Source: an uncultured Bacteroides sp.
GTDB taxonomy: Bacteria > Bacteroidota > Bacteroidia > Bacteroidales > Bacteroidaceae
Assembly: GCF_958445495.1 (NCBI RefSeq)
Contig: NZ_CAUCSQ010000019.1
Location: 7,789-71,788 of the forward strand
Length of the DNA: 64,000 nucleotides
Direction of reading: 5' to 3'
Part shown: positions 56,571 through 64,000 of the stretch, in pieces
Layout: every line of letters begins with the position of its first letter
Position numbering within the stretch: position 1 is the first letter of the stretch
Made by a program: the position numbers and the translations under genes
Notes under the pieces: generated by a model
What the model saw: only the letters and a program-made list of their open reading frames with translations
Database searches by the model: none
What the model was told of the DNA's origin: nothing

Positions 56571-59500
56571 TCAGAATGTAAATTGAACACCTAAATTAAA
56601 GGTACGCTGCAACGGATAAGCATTCCAGGAGAGTTCCGGATCCCATAATTTGAACGGGCTGAACACGGCCAGATTATCTCCGCTGAAATAAACACGGCAA
56701 TAGGGGAAGCGATAGCCCAACTCTAAACTCTTAAAACGGATAAAATTACCATTACGTACCCAATAAGAACTGGGTTGAGTATTATTGGAGGTATCAGAAC
56801 TCGTTATGCCTAAGCGGGGATAAGCCGCATCCGGATTGGGATTATCTACCGACCAGTGGTCGTCGGCAATCCATTGCATCAGGTTGCGTTCCAGGGTTTC
56901 CGTAGTCATACCGTCGCCACCACCGGAAAGGAACGGTGCATATCCACTGTTAATCATTATCTTGCGTTTTGCCGAACCGTTAAAAAATACTCCAAAATCA
57001 AACTTCTTGTATGTCACATTCAATCCCAGACCATACTGGATACGGGGTACATTATTGTAAGGAGACAACATTACCTGGTCTTCCGTCGTAATTGCTCCGT
57101 CACCGTTTATATCACGATACTTAATGTCTCCCGGCATGATATTGGCGCCCAACTGTGACTGGTCCGGCCAACTGGCTATTTCTTCTTCACTGGTGAACAA
57201 TCCTTCGGCCACATAACCTGTCAAAGTATTCAGAGGTTTCCCTGTCTTAGTCTGCCAAACATACGGATAATTGGGTTCGTCTACATATTTGTACTCATTC
57301 TGGTTATAAGTAAAGTTTCCACGGAAATCTACAACCCAGTCTTTACCAAACCTTCTATTCCAGTTCACGCTTAATTCCACTCCTCGGTTGATTACCTCAC
57401 CGATATTACTCCAGGGAGTAGAACCCCAGTATCCCAACATGTCAGGCCAGGAAGAACGTGCCATCAAGATACGGTCACGATGGTCGTGGAAATAATCAAA
57501 GGTGATATTCACCTGGTTAAACAAAGACATGTCAAAGCCGACATCGAATTTCTTCACGTGCTCCCAACCTGCATTCTGAACGGCCAACACATAAAACGCT
57601 GGGCCTTTTCTATTAATCTCATTTGAAGGAAGTCCCGTCCAGTAAGAATGTCCCGAACCGATGCTGATATTATTCTGATATAAGAAGTGCGGAGCGCCGC
57701 TATTGAATTCATCGCTACCTACCAGACCGTATGAAGCTCTCAGTTTCAAATGGTCGACATATTTGCTCATCGGTTCCCAGAATTTTTCCGAACTTACCAC
57801 CCAACCGATGGAAGCGGCAGGGAAAAACTCAAAACGCTCGCCGGAGGCCAAACGTTCGGAACCGTTGTAACCAAAGTTAAATTCAAACAAATAACGGTTG
57901 GCATAGTCGTAAGTCAGACGTCCGGAATAGCCTTGGTTACGGTTAGGCAGAACATCACTGCGATATTCACGCATCATATACATAAGCATCGCCGTCAGGT
58001 TGTTGTCGCCGAAGCTGCGTTTCCAGTCTGCACGGAAATCAAAATAAAAGGTCTGGTCCGCACTTTTAGAAATACTGGACTGGTTCACATAATCTTCTCC
58101 GGTCTGTAACGTCTGGAGTTCATACCGGTTTGCCGCAGAGTCATAAGAACCGTCTTTCACCTTGTAATAATAAGGAGTGATAGAACGGTTGTAAGTAGAT
58201 TCGGACCAGTTCTTGAAATTCACCAGAGCTTTCACACTCAGTCCTTTGGTGATGAAGCTCAAATCCTGCGTGATATTCAATGAGGTATTCAAAGTATTGT
58301 AATTGGCTTCTTTGAATGAGCTCATCATATACGCATAAGGATTCTGCCCGTACACGCCGGACTTGATTTCCGCATTACCAAAACGTATATGCTCGTCGTC
58401 GCCTTCAGCGGGGAAATAGGCGGGAAAAGCCACGGGATTGGTCTGCATAACGATTTTATACAAATCGGAAGTAGAGTAATTCGGTCCTTTCTTATTACCG
58501 ATTTGGGCCATCATCCTCAAATCGACTGTTGTCGTATTGGTCAGTTTATAGGATATGTTATTCTGGAAATTATATTCCCAGTTATCGATATTAGGATTAT
58601 AGTAATAATCCGGGGCATCCAGCAACCCTGTATCATGGTTGGCTTGCAAAGCCATATAATAGGTCACGCGCGAACCGCCGCCCTGTACATTCACATTGGC
58701 GCGCTGGTTGAAGTTGCCTTCTCTGAAAATCAGGTCATACCAGTCTACATCCGGATATACATAAGGGTTCAATCCGTTGGCGGTATTCATAATCTGTTCT
58801 TCCGTATATTTGGGAGAAGTAATCTGCGCGCTGCTTCTGGCCTGCGCCGCTTCATTATATGTCCGCATATAAGTCGCTCCGTCGGCAAACTCTACCCGGT
58901 TCATCGGATGGAAATAAGAGGCTTCCAATGATACGTTAACGGTTGCTTTTGTGTTTTCAGTACCTCTTTTGGTAGTTACAAGCATCACGCCATTAGCACC
59001 GCGGTTACCATAGATGGCCGTTGCCGAAGCATCTTTCAACAGAGAAAAGCTTTCGATGGACTCCGCCGGAATTCTATTCAAGTCATTAGAAGAGATTTCT
59101 ACTCCGTCTAACAAAATCAACGGGGTGGAACGTCCGCCGAACGTATTGATACCCCGAATGTAGAAATCGGAAGTAGAACCGGGCTCACCGCTGTTAGTCA
59201 CAGCAACAATACCCGACAATTTTCCGGCAAGGGAACTCGTTAACGAAGAAGAGGGAAGTTTCAGCGTAGCGCCTTTCACCGTTGCGATAGAACCTGTCAC
59301 GGATACCTTTCTTTGAGTTCCGGCTCCTATGACTACCACTTCATCCAACATCTCGTTATCCGACTCCATCTTAACGGTCATCACACCCAAATCTCCCACG
59401 ATCAATGTCTGTTCTTTATAACCGATATAAGAGAACTCCAATTCTGTATCACTGGTAACTTTAATGGAGAATTTTCCATCCAAATCGGTAATAGTACCGT

Positions 59501-59717
59501 CTCCGGTTCCTTTTACTTTCACATTAACTCCGATAAGCGGGTCTCCGGTAGTCGCATCAAGTACAGTACCAATCAAAGTACGTTTTCCTACAGTTTTCTC
59601 TTTCGAGACCGTACGATTCACAGTTGTTGACTGCTGTGCATTTCCCGACAAGCAGAATAGTAAACACAACGCTACTAACAGCTTTTGTTTTGAACTACAA
59701 AATAAACTTTCCATCAT
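56571..59717 (-). CDS. SusC/RagA-family TonB-dependent transporter (PUL3)
   Basis: 1048 aa. Carboxypeptidase-regulatory-like domain (LIGTVLDATTGDPLIGVNVKVKGT), TonB box (DEVVVIGAGT) and plug (FSLLKDASATAIYGNRGANGVMLVTTKRG). The barrel ends FNLGVQFTF. Confidence 0.95.
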   Translation of the reverse strand: MMESLFCSSKQKLLVALCLLFCLSGNAQQSTTVNRTVSKEKTVGKRTLIGTVLDATTGDPLIGVNVKVKGTGDGTITDLDGKFSIKVTSDTELEFSYIGYKEQTLIVGDLGVMTVKMESDNEMLDEVVVIGAGTQRKVSVTGSIATVKGATLKLPSSSLTSSLAGKLSGIVAVTNSGEPGSTSDFYIRGINTFGGRSTPLILLDGVEISSNDLNRIPAESIESFSLLKDASATAIYGNRGANGVMLVTTKRGTENTKATVNVSLEASYFHPMNRVEFADGATYMRTYNEAAQARSSAQITSPKYTEEQIMNTANGLNPYVYPDVDWYDLIFREGNFNQRANVNVQGGGSRVTYYMALQANHDTGLLDAPDYYYNPNIDNWEYNFQNNISYKLTNTTTVDLRMMAQIGNKKGPNYSTSDLYKIVMQTNPVAFPAYFPAEGDDEHIRFGNAEIKSGVYGQNPYAYMMSSFKEANYNTLNTSLNITQDLSFITKGLSVKALVNFKNWSESTYNRSITPYYYKVKDGSYDSAANRYELQTLQTGEDYVNQSSISKSADQTFYFDFRADWKRSFGDNNLTAMLMYMMREYRSDVLPNRNQGYSGRLTYDYANRYLFEFNFGYNGSERLASGERFEFFPAASIGWVVSSEKFWEPMSKYVDHLKLRASYGLVGSDEFNSGAPHFLYQNNISIGSGHSYWTGLPSNEINRKGPAFYVLAVQNAGWEHVKKFDVGFDMSLFNQVNITFDYFHDHRDRILMARSSWPDMLGYWGSTPWSNIGEVINRGVELSVNWNRRFGKDWVVDFRGNFTYNQNEYKYVDEPNYPYVWQTKTGKPLNTLTGYVAEGLFTSEEEIASWPDQSQLGANIMPGDIKYRDINGDGAITTEDQVMLSPYNNVPRIQYGLGLNVTYKKFDFGVFFNGSAKRKIMINSGYAPFLSGGGDGMTTETLERNLMQWIADDHWSVDNPNPDAAYPRLGITSSDTSNNTQPSSYWVRNGNFIRFKSLELGYRFPYCRVYFSGDNLAVFSPFKLWDPELSWNAYPLQRTFNLGVQFTF

Positions 59718-59796
59718 AGTATTTATTTAAATAAAGATATTCCAGAAAACATCGGTTTATTACAAAACTTTACAAATATTTGAAAGTTTCACTGTG

Positions 59797-59804
59797 CAAA
59801 TATA
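59797..59804 (-). promoter_or_regulatory. -7 promoter box (TATATTTG on the minus strand) for PUL3 susC
   Basis: The plus strand reads CAAATATA, which is the reverse complement of TAnnTTTG. It lies about 80 nt upstream of the SusC start codon. Confidence 0.4.
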
Positions 59805-59831
59805 AATTAAGAAATAACAAAAAAACGACAA

Positions 59832-59864
59832 AAATCATGCATAGGAAATACACAAATCATGCAT
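59832..59864. promoter_or_regulatory. Two perfect 11-bp direct repeats AAATCATGCAT spaced 22 bp apart, a candidate HTCS (AraC-type) operator
   Basis: Copies lie at 59832-59842 and 59854-59864, between the divergent susC and HTCS -7 boxes. That places them about 30-60 nt upstream of the susC -7 box. Confidence 0.4.
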
Positions 59865-59901
59865 TGCACGATTTATATAGCTTAAATAAAATATTTATCC
59901 T

Positions 59902-59909
59902 TATTTTTG
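59902..59909 (+). promoter_or_regulatory. -7 promoter box TATTTTTG for the second HTCS gene
   Basis: Matches TAnnTTTG and ends 22 nt upstream of ATG 59932. Confidence 0.4.
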
Positions 59910-59931
59910 AATCAGAATATAAAGTAACAAT

Positions 59932-62900
59932 ATGAACATGCAACGACACATCATTTTTATACTCTTATTTCTGTTGTCTTCTTTCCAACTGACAGTTTAT
60001 CCTTATACTGTCAAACGGTTGAATATCGAACAAGGGCTTTCCAACAACTACGTGGTCAGCATTGCGCAAGACAGACAAGGATTTCTATGGTTTGCAACGG
60101 AAGAAGGGCTCAACAAATTCGACGGGACCCGTTTCATTACTTATTATAAAAATGACTTGGCACAAAACCGCCAGGGAATCACCGGTAATGAACTCAACCA
60201 TGTATATGCCGACAGCAAACGCCCCGTTATATGGATAGCCACCCAACGGGACGGGTTAAATGCATACGATTATGAGAAACATACATTTACAGCCTATCTG
60301 AACGACCCGGAAAACCCGCACAGCCTGATTACGAATGACGTAACAGACATCTCTCCTTCCACCCGGAATGCAGACGGCCTATGGATTAGCACATATTACA
60401 GAGGTGTGGAATACCTCGACATCAACAGCGGACGGTTCACTCATTACAACAAAGGCACCGTCCCCGGCCTCCCCTGCGAACAAACGTGGACTGTATTGGA
60501 CGGAGGAGACGGGAACCTCTATATCGGTCATGTAAACGGCGGATTCAGCATCCTGTCTCTGGAAGACAAGAGCGTAAAGAATTTCCGGCACGAACCGGAG
60601 AACCCTGCAAGCCTGCCCGGAGACGATGTACGATGCATCACCAAAGATTCAAACGGCAATATCTGGCTGGGAACGGATAAAGGGCTGGCTCTTTTCAACA
60701 CTACCGGACAGAACTTTATCACTCTGAGAAATAACAAGAATGACAAGCATGCCGCCCTATGCGGCCGCATATTGTCCGTCAAGCAATTAAACGACAATAA
60801 GTTATGGGTCGCTTCCGAGCTGAACGGCATCACCATATTAGACTTAAAACAAAGCATGTTCCTCTCACCGGAACAGATTTCTCTCGAATATATCCAGGAA
60901 GGGGATGACAACCGGAGTCTTTCCAACGCCAGTGCCCGATGTATATTCCAAGATTCTTTCGATAACATCTGGATAGGGACATGGGGCGGAGGAATCAATT
61001 TTATCAGCAACACGCCTCCTTTATTCACCACACTGAATTATTCACCGATTCCCGACAACGAAAACAGCCTGAACAACAAGGTAGCAAGCAGTCTCTGCAC
61101 AGACAGGCAAGGACGGATATGGGTCGGTACGGACGGAGGCGGCATCAACGTATTCGAAAAAGACAAACGTATCGCCATTTATAAAAAGGAAACCGGAGAA
61201 ATCCCTTCAAACTTCATACTGGCTTCTTTGCAAGATTCAAAGGGGAATTTATGGTTCGGTTCTTTCCAGGGAGGAATCAGCTATTACGACAGCCGGAACA
61301 GGAAGTTCCGTTCTATCTCTCTGATGGGACAATCCAACCAGGATATACGCACAATCTACGAAGACAACCGGCACAACATCTGGGTGGGATACAGTGGAGG
61401 AATCATCGTGCTGAATCCTCTGAACATGGAAATCATACGGCATTACAATACGGAAAACAGCGAATTGCACAGCAATTTCATACGTTCCATCGAACGGGAC
61501 GAGAAAGGCCGGTTCTGGATCGGGACTTTCGGGGACGGTCTGGGCGTGTACACCTCCGACCTGCAATTAATCAAAACGTTCGTCCAGAGGGACGGTTTCT
61601 GTTCGAACACCGTCAACCAAATCATCCGGGATGAACAAAAAAGGATGTGGGTGGGAACGGGAGAAGGATTGGTCTGTTTCCCGTCAACCGATACGCTGGA
61701 TTACAAGACCTACCAACGGAAAGACGGTTTGCTCAATACGAACATTCGCGCCATAACGGAAGACAAGAAAGGCAATATCTGGTTCAGTACCAATAAGGGA
61801 ATCAGTTGCTATGTAACGGAAAAGGAGTGTTTTTATAACTACGGCCATTCCGACGATGTCCCGGCAGGCAGTTTTTCAAGCGGTTGCGTGACACAAGACA
61901 AAAACGGGTTGATTTATTTCGGGTCCATCAACGGAGTATGCAGTTTTAATCCCGACATCACGATGAACACTCAACTGCCTCCGCCAGCCGTTATTACGGA
62001 GATGAAGGTGCCGGGACGGTTGAGCAGCCCGAAAAATAACGATTTATTCGTCAATTTGTCTCAAAAACAGTCTGTCGAATTGACTCATGCACAGAACAGT
62101 TTCGAACTGACGTTCAACGTACAGAATTACTCGCTTGTCAATCAAGTGGAATATGCCTACATGCTGAAAGGGCTTGAAAATTCCTGGTACACGGTCAATG
62201 AAAACAACAGTGTCACTTTCCGGAACATTCCTCCGGGAAAATATGAATTTCTCATTAAAGCGCGAATCCATAATCAGGAATGGCCGGAGGAAGCCACTTC
62301 CCTGACTATCCGAATCAATCCTCCCCTTTGGCTGACCTGGTGGGCGAAACTTATCTATATCCTGATATCCGCCAGCATCATCTATTTTATACTGCACGCC
62401 TATAAAAAGAAACTGAACTTGGAAAACCTATATACGCTGGAAAAGAAAAACCACGAACAGGAACAGGAGTTAAACCAGGAACGCCTGCGCTTCTACACGA
62501 ATATCACCCATGAGTTGCGTACACCGCTGACACTTATCATCGGCCCGTTGGAGGATATGCAGAAAGACACCTCCCTTCCGGCAAAACAGGCACAGAAATT
62601 ATCGGTCATCCACCAAAGCGCACTACGGTTGCTCAATCTAATCAACCAGATTCTGGAGTTCCGGAAAACAGAAACCCAAAACAAAAAGTTATGTGTCTGC
62701 AAAGGAAACATCGCGCCTCTCATTTACGAAATAGGACTTAAATATAAAGAGCTGAACCAAAAGCCAAAAATAAGTTTCCGAATCCTTATCGAAAAAGAAG
62801 AGATGTCTCTTTTCTTCGATAAGGAAATCGTCACTATCATTCTCGATAACCTGATATCCAATGCCATCAAATATACAGAGCAGGGATGTATCACCCTAAG

Positions 62901-64000
62901 CCTGTATCAGACTGCCCGCAATGAGGTCGCTTATACGGAAATTAAAGTGAGCGACACCGGATATGGCATCTCGGCCGAGGCGCTGCCTCATATTTTCGAC
63001 CGTTATTATCAGGAAAGCGGCTCGCACCAGGCATCCGGCACAGGTATCGGGCTTGCCTTAGTCAGAAACCTCGTGGAGTTGCACGAAGGAGAAATCCGCG
63101 TTGAAAGTACGCCGAATGAAGGGAGCGCTTTCTATGTCAGCCTGCTGACAGACAATATATATCCCAATGCCTTGCATGCGGACTCTACGGAACAAACGGA
63201 AAAAGAGGAGATAAGGAACGCATCTCCTTCCGACCTCCAGGATGCGATAATAGCGGACAACGGAAAACCCATCTTGCTTATCGTAGAGGACAATGAGGAA
63301 ATACAGAACTACATCGCCGAGTCCTTCTCCGACACCTTTGAAGTGGTCACGGCCGGCAACGGCGAAGAAGGGAAACAACAAGCTCTACAGCGTATCCCCG
63401 ATATCATAGTCAGTGATATCATGATGCCTGTAATGGACGGAATCACTTTATGCCGGCAGTTAAAAGAGGATGTACGCACAAGCCATATTCCCATTATCCT
63501 GCTGACGGCAAAGGATTCTTTACAGGATAAGGAAGAAGGATATGAAGTAGGGGCGGACTCTTATCTGACGAAACCTTTCAGCGCTTCTCTTCTACGCAGC
63601 CGCATCAACAACCTGCTTGAATCGAGGAAGAAACTGGTAGCCCAGTTCCAGTCCCAGTCCGCTCCGGGCAGCCATACGGACCTCAATGAGAAACGTATGA
63701 TGATTACCGAAGCCTTAAGCAAGCTTGACAATGAATTCATCGAGAAGATTACCCTGCTAATTGAAGAGAATCTTTCTTCGGAAAAGATTGACATCACTTA
63801 TCTTTCCGACAAATTGTGTATGAGCGGTTCCACTCTTTACCGAAAGATGAAGGCGCTGACCGGATTATCGACCAATGAATATATCCGAAAAGTTAAAATG
63901 CAGAATGCGGAACGCCTGTTGCTCGAAGGGAAATATAACATTTCCGAAATCGCTTATAAAGTAGGAATGAACAGCACGGGGTATTTCCGCCAATGTTTCA
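59932..64000 (+). CDS. Hybrid two-component system sensor kinase / response regulator with AraC-type output (HTCS), probable regulator of PUL3; 3' end just outside the window
   Basis: This gene is not in the ORF track because it has no stop inside the window. I translated nt 59932-61200 by hand; the rest is inferred from matching frame-1 registers at the H-box and the window end, and from the track listing no stop-bounded frame-1 ORF here. The product begins MNMQRHIIFILLF...NIEQGLSNNYVVSIAQDRQGFLWFATEEGLNKFDG (Reg_prop repeats). It has a TM segment (LIYILISASIIYFIL), H-box ITHELRTPLT (about 62500), HATPase (GTGIGLALV), receiver (ILLIVEDN...VSDIMMPVMDG) and an AraC HTH up to the window end (...GMNSTGYFRQCF). 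Confidence 0.9.
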   Translation, partial: MNMQRHIIFILLFLLSSFQLTVYPYTVKRLNIEQGLSNNYVVSIAQDRQGFLWFATEEGLNKFDGTRFITYYKNDLAQNRQGITGNELNHVYADSKRPVIWIATQRDGLNAYDYEKHTFTAYLNDPENPHSLITNDVTDISPSTRNADGLWISTYYRGVEYLDINSGRFTHYNKGTVPGLPCEQTWTVLDGGDGNLYIGHVNGGFSILSLEDKSVKNFRHEPENPASLPGDDVRCITKDSNGNIWLGTDKGLALFNTTGQNFITLRNNKNDKHAALCGRILSVKQLNDNKLWVASELNGITILDLKQSMFLSPEQISLEYIQEGDDNRSLSNASARCIFQDSFDNIWIGTWGGGINFISNTPPLFTTLNYSPIPDNENSLNNKVASSLCTDRQGRIWVGTDGGGINVFEKDKRIAIYKKETGEIPSNFILASLQDSKGNLWFGSFQGGISYYDSRNRKFRSISLMGQSNQDIRTIYEDNRHNIWVGYSGGIIVLNPLNMEIIRHYNTENSELHSNFIRSIERDEKGRFWIGTFGDGLGVYTSDLQLIKTFVQRDGFCSNTVNQIIRDEQKRMWVGTGEGLVCFPSTDTLDYKTYQRKDGLLNTNIRAITEDKKGNIWFSTNKGISCYVTEKECFYNYGHSDDVPAGSFSSGCVTQDKNGLIYFGSINGVCSFNPDITMNTQLPPPAVITEMKVPGRLSSPKNNDLFVNLSQKQSVELTHAQNSFELTFNVQNYSLVNQVEYAYMLKGLENSWYTVNENNSVTFRNIPPGKYEFLIKARIHNQEWPEEATSLTIRINPPLWLTWWAKLIYILISASIIYFILHAYKKKLNLENLYTLEKKNHEQEQELNQERLRFYTNITHELRTPLTLIIGPLEDMQKDTSLPAKQAQKLSVIHQSALRLLNLINQILEFRKTETQNKKLCVCKGNIAPLIYEIGLKYKELNQKPKISFRILIEKEEMSLFFDKEIVTIILDNLISNAIKYTEQGCITLSLYQTARNEVAYTEIKVSDTGYGISAEALPHIFDRYYQESGSHQASGTGIGLALVRNLVELHEGEIRVESTPNEGSAFYVSLLTDNIYPNALHADSTEQTEKEEIRNASPSDLQDAIIADNGKPILLIVEDNEEIQNYIAESFSDTFEVVTAGNGEEGKQQALQRIPDIIVSDIMMPVMDGITLCRQLKEDVRTSHIPIILLTAKDSLQDKEEGYEVGADSYLTKPFSASLLRSRINNLLESRKKLVAQFQSQSAPGSHTDLNEKRMMITEALSKLDNEFIEKITLLIEENLSSEKIDITYLSDKLCMSGSTLYRKMKALTGLSTNEYIRKVKMQNAERLLLEGKYNISEIAYKVGMNSTGYFRQCF

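Noticed and set aside
59722-59735. Perfect 14-bp palindrome TTTATTTAAATAAA just upstream of the PUL3 SusC start codon.
   Set aside because: It is composed only of A/T within a generally AT-rich leader, so such symmetry arises easily by chance. There is no supporting second copy.
1-64000. Search for CRISPR arrays, tRNA/rRNA genes, integrases, transposases, IS elements, invertible-promoter inverted repeats and known defence genes.
   Set aside because: I found no regularly spaced short repeats, no cloverleaf-like or T-loop (GGTTCGAATCC-type) sequence in any intergenic region, and no recombinase-like ORF. Every intergenic region longer than 150 nt was read by eye. A tRNAscan, Infernal or defence-finder run would be needed to exclude small or divergent elements.

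Overview
This looks like a Bacteroidales (Bacteroides/Parabacteroides-like) chromosomal segment, judged from SusC/SusD pairs, hybrid two-component systems (HTCS), lipoprotein signal peptides and TAnnTTTG -7 promoter boxes. No database search was possible; all calls rest on motifs read from the translations.

Layout, left to right:
1. 1-5336 (+): a phosphodiesterase (NPP family, 5' end outside the window), a PL8 polysaccharide lyase and a GH29 alpha-L-fucosidase.
2. 5337-9609: an AT-rich island of decayed mobile-element and toxin-antitoxin genes. It holds a Fic fragment, a HipB-like HTH with a 22-codon HipA_N stub, a relaxase N-terminal fragment, an intact hipBA pair, two unassigned ORFs and a third HipB-like HTH. 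A 122/123-bp direct duplication of the downstream lipoprotein promoter and 5' end brackets its right-hand 3.2 kb.
3. 9660-19021 (+): PUL1, with a lipoprotein, SusC, SusD, a GH30 enzyme and a lipoprotein carrying four Big_2-like repeats. No regulator gene is adjacent.
4. 19119-24985 (+): a GH130 mannoside phosphorylase, a sodium:solute symporter and a secreted metallophosphoesterase/PQQ-like beta-propeller fusion.
5. 25106-30228 (+): a housekeeping block (GNAT-like protein, parE, coaD, S41 protease).
6. 30400-44627 (-): PUL2, with two tandem SusC/SusD pairs, two paralogous BACON-type lipoproteins and a GH18 enzyme. The divergent HTCS at 45205-49173 is its likely regulator.
7. 49340-59717 (-): PUL3, with SusC, SusD, a DUF1735/F5-8C lipoprotein, GH97 and a GH30-like enzyme. 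A second divergent HTCS starts at 59932 and runs off the window end, which is why the ORF track omits it.

I saw no rRNA, tRNA, CRISPR array, integrase or transposase. I found no clear-cut novel system. The most unusual items are:
- the decayed island with its long promoter duplication;
- a four-element palindromic array between the S41 protease and GH18 genes;
- a SusC paralog that lacks the N-terminal extension domain;
- candidate HTCS operator repeats in the SusC/HTCS intergenic region;
- the GH130 / symporter / phosphoesterase-propeller cluster.
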